DNA of 64,000 bases from Tolypothrix carrinoi HA7290-LM1 (GTDB lineage Bacteria; Cyanobacteriota; Cyanobacteriia; Cyanobacteriales; Nostocaceae): NCBI GenBank assembly GCA_019358935.1, contig JAHHIK010000007.1:53884-117883 (forward strand). Reading direction: 5' to 3'. This document shows positions 30,227 through 40,946 of this stretch, piece by piece. The notes beneath the pieces were generated by a model. It ran no database searches. It saw only the letters and a list, made by a program, of their open reading frames with translations, and had not been told where the DNA came from. The position numbers were made by a program, and so were the translations under genes. Within the stretch, counting starts at the first letter, position 1; each line of letters starts with the position of its first letter.

Positions 30227-31204
30227 ATGAGAAAATCACGTCCAAAGCCTACCCTATTGAAAGATTATCGTCCCATCATTCCTGCTTCCTTTTTTGGCAT
30301 GATTCTGGGTTTGGCAGGATTAGGTAGTTGCTGGCGAGTAGCTGCTAAACTTTGGCACTTGCCTACCTGGATTAGCGAAGCAATTATGTTGCTGACAATT
30401 GCAATCTGGCTCGTGTTGTTGCTGCTTTATGTGGGTAAATGGCTGTGGGCGAGAGCAGATGCCTTAGCTGAATTTGAGCATCCTGTTTTGTGTTGCTTTA
30501 TCAGCTTAGTGCCTGTGTCTACGATGTTTGTGGCGCTAGCGATCGCACCCTACTCTCATGCGATCGCCATCACATTATTTGTTGTCGGTGCAATTGGTCA
30601 GTTAAGCTTTGGCGTGTATCGTTCCGGTCAGCTATGGATGGGAGGACGTAAGCCAGAAATAATTACACCCATTCTCTACCTCTCTACAGTCGCGGGTAGT
30701 TTTGTCAGTGCGATCGTTGCTAGTACCCTCGGTTATCGAGAGTGGGGCCAGTTGTTTTTTGGAGGAGGGCTGTTTTCGTGGCTAGCACTGGAGTCCATGA
30801 TTATGCAGCGCCTCTACTTGTTAGAAGCATTGCCTAAACCACTACGTCCAACGCTGGGCATTCAACTTGCCCCCCCTGTCGTTGGCTGTGTTGCTTATTT
30901 GAGTATCACCAGTGGTCAGCCTGATGCCTTTGCTCAGTTCCTCTTCGGCTATGGACTGTTGCAAGGGCTGATTCTACTGCGGCTGCTACCGTGGTTGTTT
31001 CAACAACCCTTTACAGCTACCTACTGGGCGTTCACCCTCGGCATTGCCGCCTTGTCGCTGGCATCCTTGCGCCTTGTTGAACGCGGCATGACTGGAATGA
31101 TGCAAGAATTGGCACTACTGCTATTCATAAGCGCAAATATTGCGGTCGGCAGTATTGCTTTAGGGACAGTGTGGCTCTTGCTGCGGGGCAAATTACTAAG
31201 CTAA
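30227..31204 (+). CDS. tehA: TehA/SLAC1 family dicarboxylate/tellurite-resistance channel
   Basis: PASFFGMILGLAGLG, LRPTLGIQLAPP, YWAFT; about 10 TM helices. Confidence 0.85.
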   Translation: MRKSRPKPTLLKDYRPIIPASFFGMILGLAGLGSCWRVAAKLWHLPTWISEAIMLLTIAIWLVLLLLYVGKWLWARADALAEFEHPVLCCFISLVPVSTMFVALAIAPYSHAIAITLFVVGAIGQLSFGVYRSGQLWMGGRKPEIITPILYLSTVAGSFVSAIVASTLGYREWGQLFFGGGLFSWLALESMIMQRLYLLEALPKPLRPTLGIQLAPPVVGCVAYLSITSGQPDAFAQFLFGYGLLQGLILLRLLPWLFQQPFTATYWAFTLGIAALSLASLRLVERGMTGMMQELALLLFISANIAVGSIALGTVWLLLRGKLLS

Positions 31205-31244
31205 CGATCATTCATTTTTCCAGAACATATTGGGAGTAGAACTT

Positions 31245-31355
31245 ATGGCTGCAACAACTAAGCAAAATAACACTAAATCGTTCGTTTACTCAACTCGAAT
31301 TGATATTCCTGTAGAAATCCGATCGCAACTAGATAACCCAAGTTGCGGGTTATAA
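31245..31355 (+). pseudogene. Truncated Dps N-terminus (36 codons)
   Basis: GGAG RBS, then MAATTKQNNTKSFVYSTRIDIPVEIRSQL; the YxTRIDIP pattern resembles cyanobacterial Dps N-termini; early stop. Confidence 0.55.
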
Positions 31356-31659
31356 AATTCTGAATACTTCGTGACCATTGATTTAAACAAATGCACATGA
31401 AAAATTGGCGGTGGCGTTATGGCTACCGAAAATTAGAGTCAAGCTAAGATCAGAGCATTAAATTATTTTAATGTATTAAAATTAACTGATTAAATAAATG
31501 CTTTTTGGAGAGTAAATGCCAAAATAAATACTTGAAGTTTCAGCAAAAAACTTGGCAAACTACAAGCATGAATCGATTTAGGAAAATCCCTTATTGTCTC
31601 ACTAAAAACCGTTTCGATGTAATGCCGAGTATGTTGTTTAATAGGGTTCCAATTTGATT

Positions 31660-32610
31660 TTAATTATGCAAAGAATTATGGGCTTCATTGAGTTTGTTGG
31701 CTGATTCTTCTAATAAGCGTTGTTCATAAGCATTTCTTGATAACAGCAGTTGGCGCTCAATACCTGTTGAGCCAATGATACATGGAAGTCCAAGAACAAC
31801 TTCACTGCCAACTCCATAGTTAGAATCTGCTCTGGCCGATACTGGAAATATCTGCTTTTCATCTCGCAGGATGGTATCAACTAACTGACAAACTACTGTT
31901 GATATACCATAGCTTGTATTTCCTTTGCGTTCAAAAATGTTATAGCCTCGTTTACGAGTTAACTGTGCGTACTCTTGCTGAATTTGTTCTAGCGTTGTTC
32001 CTTGTGGTATGGGAAATTCAGTTAACAGAATTCCCCCAATAAATGCACTAGACCAAACCACAAATTCACTGTCTCCATGCTCTCCAATCACATAAGCATG
32101 AACGTCAAGTTTTGCAACATTCAGTCGCTTTCCAAGTTGATATCTCAGTCTAGCAGTATCAAGAACGGTTCCCGAACCGAAAATTAGGTTTTCTGCTCTG
32201 GTGGAAGTAGCGATCGCAATCCGCGTTAGTACATCCACTGGATTGCTAATGATAAGTACGATTGAATTCGGTGCAACTCGATCCAATTCTTTGATTGTCG
32301 AACGTATAATCTCTGCATTGTCGCTCAATGTATCTAATCGGGTCTGTCCTTGTTTCGGCTGCACCCCAGCAGTCACAATAATGATATCTGAATCAGCTAA
32401 GTCTTCATACTGATTTGATGGTATAATCTCCATTTCTTTAAGTAGGGGAATGCTGTCTTCGATATCCCATACTTGCCCTTCAGCTTTTGATAAGGTTCGG
32501 TCAAAAAGGACAACCCTTACACATCTACCGAGTAGAACTAAAGCATTTGCAACGTCTGCACCTACATTACCTGCACCAATAATACCGACTTTAGATGTTT
32601 TACTAATCAT
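31660..32610 (-). CDS. ldh: L-lactate dehydrogenase (LDH/MDH family)
   Basis: KVGIIGAGNVG, TAGVQPKQGQTRLD, SNPVD, GSGTVLDTARLR, GEHGDSE, KGNTSYGI. Confidence 0.88.
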   Translation of the reverse strand: MISKTSKVGIIGAGNVGADVANALVLLGRCVRVVLFDRTLSKAEGQVWDIEDSIPLLKEMEIIPSNQYEDLADSDIIIVTAGVQPKQGQTRLDTLSDNAEIIRSTIKELDRVAPNSIVLIISNPVDVLTRIAIATSTRAENLIFGSGTVLDTARLRYQLGKRLNVAKLDVHAYVIGEHGDSEFVVWSSAFIGGILLTEFPIPQGTTLEQIQQEYAQLTRKRGYNIFERKGNTSYGISTVVCQLVDTILRDEKQIFPVSARADSNYGVGSEVVLGLPCIIGSTGIERQLLLSRNAYEQRLLEESANKLNEAHNSLHN

Positions 32611-32626
32611 GCTATATCTACTTTTT

Positions 32627-34078
32627 TCAAGAGTGAAATGTCGTTTGTTTGGTAAATCCTTGGGTCTGCAATTGCTGTCTCCTTACAACGAGCGAAAACA
32701 ATATATTTAATCCTTCGGTCATCGTGGGATGAGTCAAAATACCATCGCGTAGAACGGTGTAGGGCATCTGAGCTTGCATCACCATCTGCACCGTTGAAAT
32801 CACTTCACCTGCTTCATGACACAACAAGGAACACCCTAGAATACGATCTGTATCTGCATCCACAATCGCCTTCAAAAGTCCATCGGTTTGACCGAGTGTT
32901 CTTGCTCTAGGAACGGCTGACGCATCCACCTTCGCCACGCGGATAGCATATCCTTGTTGCTGTGCTTCAGTTTCAGTCAAACCCACATGAGCCAGTTCTG
33001 GATCGATGAACAGACAGGATGGAACCAATCGATCCCGTGTACTACAGTTGCCCCCATCAATTAAATTAGCTTTGATAATGCGATAATCATCGAGCGATAT
33101 ATGAGTGTATTGCGGGCCGCCGTTGATGTCGCCTAACGCCCAAATCCCCGGAATGTTCGTCTCTAAGCGATCATTGACTTGAATAAATCCGCGTGTATCG
33201 GTTGCCACACCAGCAGCAGCTAAATTTAAGCTATCGATATTGGGCGCACGACCAACGGCGACGAGCAAATGCGACCCTTGGAGCGTGATTTCACGATCGC
33301 CAACTTGGATTTGAAGGATGGTTTCATTACCAGTGCAATCAACCCTCAACACCTTCGCCTTCAACAAGAATTCAATACCATCTTGTTCTAGCAGTGTTTG
33401 AACTGCGATCGCTATATCTGGATCTTGCTGTGACAGGATTTGCTCACTTTGCCCAATGACAGTAACGCCAGAGCCAAAGCGCCGAAACATCTGGGCAAAC
33501 TCTAAACCAATATAGCTACTACCGAGAACGATCAGGTGTTTAGGCAGGTGTTCTAGCTCCATAATCGATTCACTCGTTAAAAACTCAACTTCTGTGAGTC
33601 CGGGAATGGATGGAATTAACGGTCGTGTGCCTGTATTAATAAATAACCGTTCGGCGGTAAGTAAGCGATTGTTCCCCTCAGTCGTCGTTACTGCGATCGT
33701 TTTGGGAGCAACAAAGCGGGCTGTACCAATGATCAGTTCGTGACCCAAAGCAGTTTCTAAATTGTGCAAGTTCATTTCACGCATCCCTTGCACAACCGAT
33801 CGTTTTCGTTGGATCACCTCTGCTAAATTAACGCTGGGTGTATTGGTTTTAACCCCATAAGCGGCACTTTTTCGCACTGTGTTTGCTACATTGGCACTCG
33901 CCACCATAGTTTTAGTAGGAATGCAGGCAATATTAATGCACCCGCCACCAATCATGTTTAAGCTGCGTTCAACCAGAGCGGTTTTACGTCCGTCAGCAAC
34001 CAGCGCTGGTGCCAGTGTTTTACCCGCTTTGCCGCCGCCGATAATAATGTCGTCATAGTGTTGAGTGTCCACTTCCAT
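32627..34078 (-). CDS. Class I pyridine nucleotide-disulfide oxidoreductase (MerA/RclA-like, no C-terminal Cys pair)
   Basis: IIIGGGKAG, GGGCINIACIPTK redox motif, ALGDINGGPQYTH, THPTMTEG. Confidence 0.85.
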   Translation of the reverse strand: MEVDTQHYDDIIIGGGKAGKTLAPALVADGRKTALVERSLNMIGGGCINIACIPTKTMVASANVANTVRKSAAYGVKTNTPSVNLAEVIQRKRSVVQGMREMNLHNLETALGHELIIGTARFVAPKTIAVTTTEGNNRLLTAERLFINTGTRPLIPSIPGLTEVEFLTSESIMELEHLPKHLIVLGSSYIGLEFAQMFRRFGSGVTVIGQSEQILSQQDPDIAIAVQTLLEQDGIEFLLKAKVLRVDCTGNETILQIQVGDREITLQGSHLLVAVGRAPNIDSLNLAAAGVATDTRGFIQVNDRLETNIPGIWALGDINGGPQYTHISLDDYRIIKANLIDGGNCSTRDRLVPSCLFIDPELAHVGLTETEAQQQGYAIRVAKVDASAVPRARTLGQTDGLLKAIVDADTDRILGCSLLCHEAGEVISTVQMVMQAQMPYTVLRDGILTHPTMTEGLNILFSLVVRRQQLQTQGFTKQTTFHS

Positions 34079-34245
34079 ATCCTTATGGGTTTGATCGGGT
34101 GAATACGATTTTTAGAAGTTGTTATGAATTTTAGAAAAACTGGCTGACTAAGAGGGTTTTAGCAATAACGTATTTGGCGAGTGTAACTCAAGATGCTTGC
34201 CAAACGCTGGGTTGACAAAAAGTGCATAACACCCGTGCTTAGGAT

Positions 34246-34611
34246 TCAACTTTTTCTACAAGCTTGCTTCATCAAGATACGGTTGTTTTTATACACCTCT
34301 AAAGTTCCAGACTGCGGGTTATCCAACGTGCCATCCCACACCCAATATTCATAAATTCCACTCCGAAACTTATACACTCGAACACCTTCTGTCGCTTGGC
34401 TAGTTCCTTTGCCCAAACTTAAATTACCATTGGGACTGGTCGCGCGATAAAGCAGTTCACCGGAAGTATAATTCTGCCAAATATTGATGTTGTACCCACC
34501 CTGGCATTTTGTACTCAGGATGATGCCAGCAGTAGAATCAGCAGAAGCTCTTAAGGAAAAATTAGCTAAGATACTGATTGGCAGAGCCAGGAGTAACGCG
34601 GATGTTTTCAT
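34246..34611 (-). CDS. Hypothetical secreted protein
   Basis: Signal-peptide-like MKTSALLLALPISILANFSLRASA; small beta-rich domain with 2 Cys. Start uncertain (the ORF extends to 34698). Confidence 0.65.
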   Translation of the reverse strand: MKTSALLLALPISILANFSLRASADSTAGIILSTKCQGGYNINIWQNYTSGELLYRATSPNGNLSLGKGTSQATEGVRVYKFRSGIYEYWVWDGTLDNPQSGTLEVYKNNRILMKQACRKS

Positions 34612-34814
34612 AAGTTTTGTAAAATTAATAAGTTTGACATTACTCGATTGCTGCAACAACTTCATCTGTAGAAAGGACTGCATTGGCGATATATCCAAAG
34701 TTGATCAGTGCTGCCTTATAGCCGTCACCCAGTTTTGGATGGGGAGGGGCTGCTGTTGCATCCTTAATGCTGTTTCAAAAACGCCAAAGTGCGAGCGCGT
34801 GCTAATTCTGCAAC

Positions 34815-35219
34815 TTATTGGCGATCGTCGGAACTAAGTGCTTGATAGATTAAAGGTGCAATGATAGCGATATTTTTCACCAACTCATCGGAGAGAGAAA
34901 ATCGCTGTTTTAAGTAATTAGGATCGTTGTAACTCACCCACACCTTGCCGTCAGTCGCTTCCCATGCCAGTACTTTCAGGGGTAAATCCAGGGCGATCGT
35001 TGGTTCTGCCACCATGAGGGAAGTTCCGGCTTTCGGGTTGCCAAACAGCAACAACTGTGTAGGACACAGGCTTAGTCCGACTTTTTCGGCTTCAGCCTGT
35101 TGATCGATGCGGGCAAAAATGGTGATGCCTTTGACTTCAAGGACGGCTTCTAATCGATCAATGGTTACAGGCACTGAATATTGACTGAGCTGGCTAATGA
35201 TGCCGTTGTTTGCATTCAT
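34815..35219 (-). CDS. DUF302 domain protein
   Basis: KGITIFARID, LLLFGNPKAGT.LM, ALDLPLKVL.WE. Confidence 0.85.
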   Translation of the reverse strand: MNANNGIISQLSQYSVPVTIDRLEAVLEVKGITIFARIDQQAEAEKVGLSLCPTQLLLFGNPKAGTSLMVAEPTIALDLPLKVLAWEATDGKVWVSYNDPNYLKQRFSLSDELVKNIAIIAPLIYQALSSDDRQ

Positions 35220-35271
35220 AGCAGTGGACTTCTTGTAGGATAAAAACTGGGTGATATGGTCGTTGGGCTTT

Positions 35272-35751
35272 TCAAAGATTGAGGTCTGACAATCCTGGAT
35301 GATCGTCAGGACGACGACCTAGTATCCAGTGGTATTTGCGTTCGCTTTGGTGAATTGGCAGGTCGTTGATGCTGGCAATACGCCATCGCATGAATCCATG
35401 TTCGTCAAACTCCCAATTCTCATTGCCGTAAGAGCGAAACCAGTTGCCGGAATCATCATGCCATTCGTAAGCAAATCGGACAGCAATGCGGTTGTCTTGA
35501 AAAGCCCAAAGCTCTTTTATCAGACGGTAGTCCAATTCTTTAAGCCACTTACGTGTCAAGAACTGAACGATCGCCTCACGACCAGATAGAAATTCTGAGC
35601 GGTTGCGCCAAATGCTATCCGACGTGTAAGCGAGTGATACTAGTTCAGGGTTGCGTGTGTTCCAAGCATCCTCTGCAATTCGGACTTTTTGGATAGCGGA
35701 TTCATTATCAAAAGGCGGCAGGGGTAGTCGAGAATTTTCAGGGTTGTTCAT
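35272..35751 (-). CDS. DUF1348 (NTF2-like) family protein
   Basis: [46 protein letters not shown]. Confidence 0.88.
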   Translation of the reverse strand: MNNPENSRLPLPPFDNESAIQKVRIAEDAWNTRNPELVSLAYTSDSIWRNRSEFLSGREAIVQFLTRKWLKELDYRLIKELWAFQDNRIAVRFAYEWHDDSGNWFRSYGNENWEFDEHGFMRWRIASINDLPIHQSERKYHWILGRRPDDHPGLSDLNL

Positions 35752-35981
35752 AGTATGTAAGCGGTAGAATCGCGATTCTCGTTCCGAGAGGCTTCTCTAC
35801 GAGACGCTCCGCGAACGCCAACGTCTCAGCATGGTTAGATTAAAATTACAGCAGATTTCAAGTTGGTGGAGTACACAAACTAAGTCCCAAAGCCAGGTAT
35901 GAACCCTGTTTTACTTCTGGATTCTGAATTCTGCTGTAAGTGCGTGCCGACCGAATTACCTCAAAAGCAGTTTAATACAGA

Positions 35982-36062
35982 TCAATGACTACCACCCGCG
36001 ATGTGCAGCGTTTCCCCAGATGCCCCCGTCACAACTGCGATTTTTCCCTCTAGTTTTTTCAT
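35982..36062 (-). pseudogene. Internally deleted SDR (26-codon remnant)
   Basis: [15 protein letters not shown] joined in frame to GETLHIAGGSH*, i.e. the first and last motifs of a classical SDR. Confidence 0.75.
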
Positions 36063-36454
36063 GATGATTTCTTAGGATCGGGCAGCGTGAACTCTACAGT
36101 TTCGCTAGTGATTACTTTGTGCGTGGGGTCAGCTAGTTCGATCAGCACCTTGTGTACGCCAGGTTCTAGTCCGACCAGGATGATAGTTTCCCCACTGGAA
36201 TCTACAAAGTGCCACGGCGCGTCGTCAACGGTGATGTGGATATGACCGATGCGCGGCGATACTTCGAGAGCACCTTTGCCAAACACTGGCAACACACGCA
36301 AATTCTCCGTCCGGTACTGGATGAAGACGCGTCCCTGTGCTAGCGGTTCGGGAAGCGGTGGATCGACAATCAGCTTGGGTGGTGCTTCGTTTTCAATCGC
36401 AATCAACGGTGATGATCCGATAATGTCCCTAGCGCTCGGTGTGTGGCTGTTCAT
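36059..36454 (-). CDS. Conserved hypothetical protein (DUF6130-like)
   Basis: LIVDPPLPEPLAQGRVFIQYR, SPRIGHIHITVDD.PWH. Confidence 0.75.
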   Translation of the reverse strand: MNSHTPSARDIIGSSPLIAIENEAPPKLIVDPPLPEPLAQGRVFIQYRTENLRVLPVFGKGALEVSPRIGHIHITVDDAPWHFVDSSGETIILVGLEPGVHKVLIELADPTHKVITSETVEFTLPDPKKSS

Positions 36455-36491
36455 AGCAGGTAATTACCTGAGAGTAGTTTGTATTACGATC

Positions 36492-36711
36492 GAATGGCAC
36501 TAAGAAAAGCGGAAAGGCTTATCAATGAATGGCACTAAGATAAGCCGAAAGTCTTGTTTCACCTCGTTCCCAGCCTGTAGGCTGGGAATGTATTTCGAGA
36601 GGCTCTGCCTCTGATCAAGCCTTTGGAGGCGGAGGCTCTTAGAATTAGTTCCTAGCCTGGAGGCTGGGAACCAGTCACAGCAAGGGCTGTGTCTTAACTT
36701 AATGCCATTTC
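36492..36711. repeat. MITE-like intergenic repeat with internal hairpins
   Basis: GAATGGCACTAAGA occurs twice (36492, 36527); palindromes TTCCCAGCCTGTAGGCTGGGAA and GTTCCTAGCCTGGAGGCTGGGAAC; the right end TCTTAACTTAATGCCATT is roughly inverted to the left end; a similar end occurs at ~40329-40360. Confidence 0.5.
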
Positions 36712-36799
36712 GCTTTACCCTTTTCCCCTACGCTAACTCGGTAAGCAGCAAAGCGATGGAAGAGCGTCTTTTCCTTTCCCCAAAAACATCGATCGCATC

Positions 36800-37795
36800 C
36801 TATTGCAGATGTTTTTTCAATTCAGCAGCAGCTTGAACAAACAGAGAGCGGACTTCTGGCAGCTCGGCTAAACCATTGAGCAGTCCAAAGTCATGAATCA
36901 TGCCGTTGTACTGCACCGTTGTCACCTCTACCCCAGCTTCATCGAGCTTGCGTCCGTAGGCTGTGCCTTCGTCATGCAAAATATCGCTCTCTGCAACCAC
37001 AATTAATGCTGGAGGCAAGCCTTTCAGTTGCTCAACCGTCGCTTGTAAGGGAGATGCGTAAATGTCTTTGCGCTTTTCTGGGTCAGCGATGTACAAGTCA
37101 TACATCCACTTCATCGTGGGTGCGGTTAGGTACCGTTTGTCGCCGAATTGATGATAAGAATTCGTTTCAAAATCGGCATCGACGATCGGCCACATCATGA
37201 TTTGTAGCTTGATGTGTGGTCCTCCGTTTTCTTTCGCCTTCAAAGCAGTGACTGCTGTCATATTTCCGCCGACACTGTTGCCGACCACTGCCAGATTCTT
37301 GCCATCCACCCCAATCTCCTCACCATGCTCGGCAACCCATTTGGTCGCAGCATAAATCTCATTGATCGCCTGTGGGTACTGAGCATCTGGCGTGCGCGTG
37401 TAGTTGACAAAGACCCCTGCAAACCCTGAAAGCACAACCAGATCGCGAACCATGCGCTTGTGTGTTGGATAATCACCCAACACCCAACCACCACCATGAA
37501 TAAAGATGAAAACAGGCAATGTGCCTTTGACGCCTTCCGGTCGCACGATATTGAGCGTAATCGAATAACCGTCAGCGATAATTTTCTTCTCAGACTCTTC
37601 AATGCCTGAAAGGTCTACTGGAACAGAAGCCTGTGCATCCACGAGTACTTGACGTGCTTCGAGTGCAGTGAGTGTCTCCAGCGGCACACCTCCTGAATTC
37701 AGCACTTTCAAAAATTCCTTCACCCCACTGGAAAGACGTGGATCATCTGCAACTTCCAAAATTTTTGCTGCTGGCGAGTTTGTTTGAGCAACCAT
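36800..37795 (-). CDS. Alpha/beta hydrolase, HSL-family esterase/lipase
   Basis: HGGGW, GNSVGG nucleophile elbow, D.LHDEG, HDF. The start MVAQ at 37795 follows an AAAGGAGA RBS. Confidence 0.9.
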   Translation of the reverse strand: MVAQTNSPAAKILEVADDPRLSSGVKEFLKVLNSGGVPLETLTALEARQVLVDAQASVPVDLSGIEESEKKIIADGYSITLNIVRPEGVKGTLPVFIFIHGGGWVLGDYPTHKRMVRDLVVLSGFAGVFVNYTRTPDAQYPQAINEIYAATKWVAEHGEEIGVDGKNLAVVGNSVGGNMTAVTALKAKENGGPHIKLQIMMWPIVDADFETNSYHQFGDKRYLTAPTMKWMYDLYIADPEKRKDIYASPLQATVEQLKGLPPALIVVAESDILHDEGTAYGRKLDEAGVEVTTVQYNGMIHDFGLLNGLAELPEVRSLFVQAAAELKKHLQ

Positions 37796-37961
37796 GACAT
37801 TCTCCTTTGATAAGTAGTAAACAATCTGTTGAAATGACACTGTTAAGTGAATTGATTTAACAGTGATACTTGATTCAGCAGTGATTGTGGAATGGCAATC
37901 ACTTTCTACCGACATCGTTTCCCAGCCGGAATTATTTGTTACTGGTGAAAAGGTTGTCGAC

Positions 37962-39398
37962 CTAGCGGGTCGCTGCCTCGATCGGTTGTTTCCACACCGC
38001 AGCAGCATAGAGCGAGTTCTCAAAATCGGGGGCGATATCGCCTGTGATACGTGCCTCATGATGCGCCCAGTCCTCAAAGAACAAGTCGTGACTGATGCAC
38101 GATACTATTGCAGGTATGTCGCGGCGGATGCTAAATATGTCACCAATTGGCAAGCCAAAGCTGACGAAACCAGCAGGATTAAATACGTGAATGTCTTTCA
38201 GGTAAGGGGCAGTGCCAGGTACTTTTTCTAGGTATTCGCGGGCGCTACCGAAGTAAGGGTGCGTTCCCAAATAGTCGTCGCGCAGGTCTTCTGGTGGCTC
38301 GTAGCGATCGCGCCAGAGGGCAATGTGCTGGGCAAAGTCGGCTAGTTCGGGACGCTTTGTTGGGTCAACGAAGTAACCAGTGCCAGCGATCGCAAAATCA
38401 AACTCGAAAACCTCATCATTCACCTGGGTGACAATGCGATCACCCATTTCCCGTGCCGATTTCCAAGGTGCAGATAGGTGTATGTGAAAGTTCGGGAAGG
38501 CGATCGCTCGCTCAATCGCGTTCCGTGATGGCGTGGAGCCTGCTTGACGAAAGCGCCAAGCTTGGAACCATCGGGCTGCATCGGGTAGTTGGGGATAGTT
38601 GCAGTAAGCACCAGGGTATTCCCGTATCCGAATTACTGGTAGAGATGCGATCGCCGATCGCCGTGAAAACAGGTGTACTGCCTGAGCTCCCGATTCCAGC
38701 GCCACTCCTGCTGCATCGAAAGCTGAAGCCGCCGCACCCAGCACCGCCACAGTCTTACCGCGCAGTGCTTCAAAATCGATGGCATCGGCGGTATGTGCGT
38801 ACAGCGTGCGTGGTAAGTCAGCCAGTACTAGAGGTATGTATGGGCCACCAGTGCCAGCCACGCCATTGGCGAAGATAATTTTGCGCGTAGTCTCTACCTG
38901 CGGGACATCGTTTACCTCAAGGTGTAGGCGGAAGAAACCTGCGGCTGGCTCAATCCGCACCAACTTCGTCCGGTAACGAACCTGGATACCGAGGAAGTGC
39001 CGATACCAACTGAGGTACTCAGCCCATGTCACTCGCCCAATGCGATCGATCGCCGCGTAGGCTTCCGCACCGTGCCGCGCTTCATACCAGGCTTGAAAGG
39101 ATAATTCTGGGATGCCTAGTTCTGGACCAGGCACATTTTTCGGCGTGCGGAGCTTTTCCATCCGCGCTCGCGTCAGCCACACGCCTGCATGAGCCTCGTC
39201 ATCAGCTGCATCGATCGCCGTCACGCGACCGATCCCAGCACGCCGTAGCGCAAATACAAAGGTGCTACCACTGCCGCTGCCACCTATTATAGTGACATTG
39301 TGATCGATGCCAGGGCGATCGGGCACCCAGTTTTCGGGATCGGGACCGAGCAGGCGTAGTGCCTCGCGGGCAGTAAAATCGGAATTGCTCGTTGTCAT
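37962..39398 (-). CDS. FAD/NAD(P)-dependent monooxygenase (HpyO/SidA-like)
   Basis: IIGGSGSG, W.TRARMEKLRTPK, FQAWYEARHG, VAVLGAAASAFD, IAGTGY. Confidence 0.78.
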   Translation of the reverse strand: MTTSNSDFTAREALRLLGPDPENWVPDRPGIDHNVTIIGGSGSGSTFVFALRRAGIGRVTAIDAADDEAHAGVWLTRARMEKLRTPKNVPGPELGIPELSFQAWYEARHGAEAYAAIDRIGRVTWAEYLSWYRHFLGIQVRYRTKLVRIEPAAGFFRLHLEVNDVPQVETTRKIIFANGVAGTGGPYIPLVLADLPRTLYAHTADAIDFEALRGKTVAVLGAAASAFDAAGVALESGAQAVHLFSRRSAIASLPVIRIREYPGAYCNYPQLPDAARWFQAWRFRQAGSTPSRNAIERAIAFPNFHIHLSAPWKSAREMGDRIVTQVNDEVFEFDFAIAGTGYFVDPTKRPELADFAQHIALWRDRYEPPEDLRDDYLGTHPYFGSAREYLEKVPGTAPYLKDIHVFNPAGFVSFGLPIGDIFSIRRDIPAIVSCISHDLFFEDWAHHEARITGDIAPDFENSLYAAAVWKQPIEAATR

Positions 39399-39458
39399 GT
39401 TGATCTCCTCATATCTCGTCGCGATGGATGGAAGAATCGGAATAGCATCTTTTGGACT

Positions 39459-40208
39459 TCAAATCTGTGCCATACCGCCATCAACAAACAACTCAATGCC
39501 ATTCACAAAGCTGCTGTCGGCTGAAGCGAGAAAGACAACGGCTTTGGCAATCTCATCGGGTTTGCCGACTCGTCCCAGTGGGATGGTGCTAGCTTGGCTG
39601 TCCACGAATTCTTGCAACTGCTGGTCATTCAGTCCCAAATGATCGTAACCAGGAGTCGGAACCACACCAGGGCTAATGGCATTCACTCGGATCTTGCGTT
39701 CTCTGAGGTCGAGTATCCAATTCCGAGCAAATGATCTCACGGCGGCTTTGGTGGCGCTGTAAACACTGAAAGCTGGCGTACCTTTTATAGAAGCAGTCGA
39801 AGCATTCAGGATAATAGAAGCGCCCTCTGGCAACAGTGGCAGCGCCTTTTGTACGGTGAACAGCAAACCTTTGACGTTTATGTTGAATGTTTTGTCAAAG
39901 TGTTCCTCAGTGATTGCTCCAAGTGGGGCAATTTGTCCACCGCCAGCATTAGCGAAGATGATATCGAGGTGTCCTTGCTCTTGCTTAATGGTGGCAAACA
40001 GACGATCGAGGTCTGCCAGATTAGAAACATCGCTCTGCACAGCCGTAACATTTTTTCCAATGGCTTCTACAGCAGCATCTAGTTCGACTTGGCGACGACC
40101 CGTGATGTAGACATAGGCACCTTCAGCAACAAACTGTTTGGCTGTGGCAAGACCGATACCACTGTTGCCACCCGTGACAAGGGCGATTTTTCCTTCTAGT
40201 TTTTTCAT
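39459..40208 (-). CDS. Short-chain dehydrogenase/reductase
   Basis: [16 protein letters not shown] (YxxxK), IRVNAISPG. Confidence 0.93.
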   Translation of the reverse strand: MKKLEGKIALVTGGNSGIGLATAKQFVAEGAYVYITGRRQVELDAAVEAIGKNVTAVQSDVSNLADLDRLFATIKQEQGHLDIIFANAGGGQIAPLGAITEEHFDKTFNINVKGLLFTVQKALPLLPEGASIILNASTASIKGTPAFSVYSATKAAVRSFARNWILDLRERKIRVNAISPGVVPTPGYDHLGLNDQQLQEFVDSQASTIPLGRVGKPDEIAKAVVFLASADSSFVNGIELFVDGGMAQI

Positions 40209-40360
40209 AGGTTAATCTGATGGGGATTCTGGATTTGTGTGAACCATTGAAGTGTTATCGGTTCTGTTGCATCACAGCTTTGAGAACAGTAGATTTAACC
40301 CTTCATTCATTGTTGGAACCAGTTGGGGCAAGGGCTGTATCTTAACAAGCGTGCCATTTC

Positions 40361-40900
40361 TTACATCTCCTTTGATTGATCTGCTTGATGACGCTGCTTG
40401 AGACCTACAACGAGGTCAGTCACTTGACGTTGAGCCTCTGCGCTCAGTGAGTCAAAGTCGTCTAAGAAGAATTGACGTTCTAGCGTTAACTTCCGGGTAT
40501 TGAGTAACCCTTCGATCTGCCAACCTTCGTCGCGTTTCGTTACAACGTATAGCGGCAGCGAATCTCGTGACGGTGAAGTTTCGGTTTGTCCGGGCAGTAT
40601 TACCCTGATAACTACGAGCATGAGCGCGAGTTGCGAGTTCACGAAGCGGACAAAATTCACCTCACCCTCCAGGCGTGTTCCTTTGACAACTGTGTCGAAC
40701 GCTTGCTGATGAAATGCAGCGATTTCTTTTCGACCCTTGAGATGCGTGCCCTCGAACGTGATGAAATCGGCAGTTTCGCTGAACGGGGCAGCGAAGCCTT
40801 CGCCGCTACCTCGATTCCAAGCATCAATCATCTGGCGATGGAAAGCACGGATTGCCGACTCGTCAGCAGTAGTGGTGGTTTGAGCTGTTTGTAAATTCAT
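40361..40900 (-). CDS. SgcJ/EcaC (SnoaL/NTF2-like) family protein
   Basis: AWNRG..EGFAAPF.E.ADFITFEG..LKGRKEIAAFH. Confidence 0.8.
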   Translation of the reverse strand: MNLQTAQTTTTADESAIRAFHRQMIDAWNRGSGEGFAAPFSETADFITFEGTHLKGRKEIAAFHQQAFDTVVKGTRLEGEVNFVRFVNSQLALMLVVIRVILPGQTETSPSRDSLPLYVVTKRDEGWQIEGLLNTRKLTLERQFFLDDFDSLSAEAQRQVTDLVVGLKQRHQADQSKEM

Positions 40901-40946
40901 AGTTTTGAGTTTTCTTTTTAAGTGATAGACCAGTTCTCAAGCGGCA

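Noticed and set aside
32627..34078. Calling this gene merA
   Set aside because: No C-terminal Cys-Cys pair, no NmerA domain and no other mer genes nearby.
34160..34179. AGCAATAACGTATTTGGC resembling the parS-like palindrome
   Set aside because: Several mismatches, single copy and far from the other sites; may be chance.
37796..38077. N-terminal extension of the esterase ORF given in the ORF track
   Set aside because: It overlaps the upstream monooxygenase; a strong RBS and family-like start lie at 37795.
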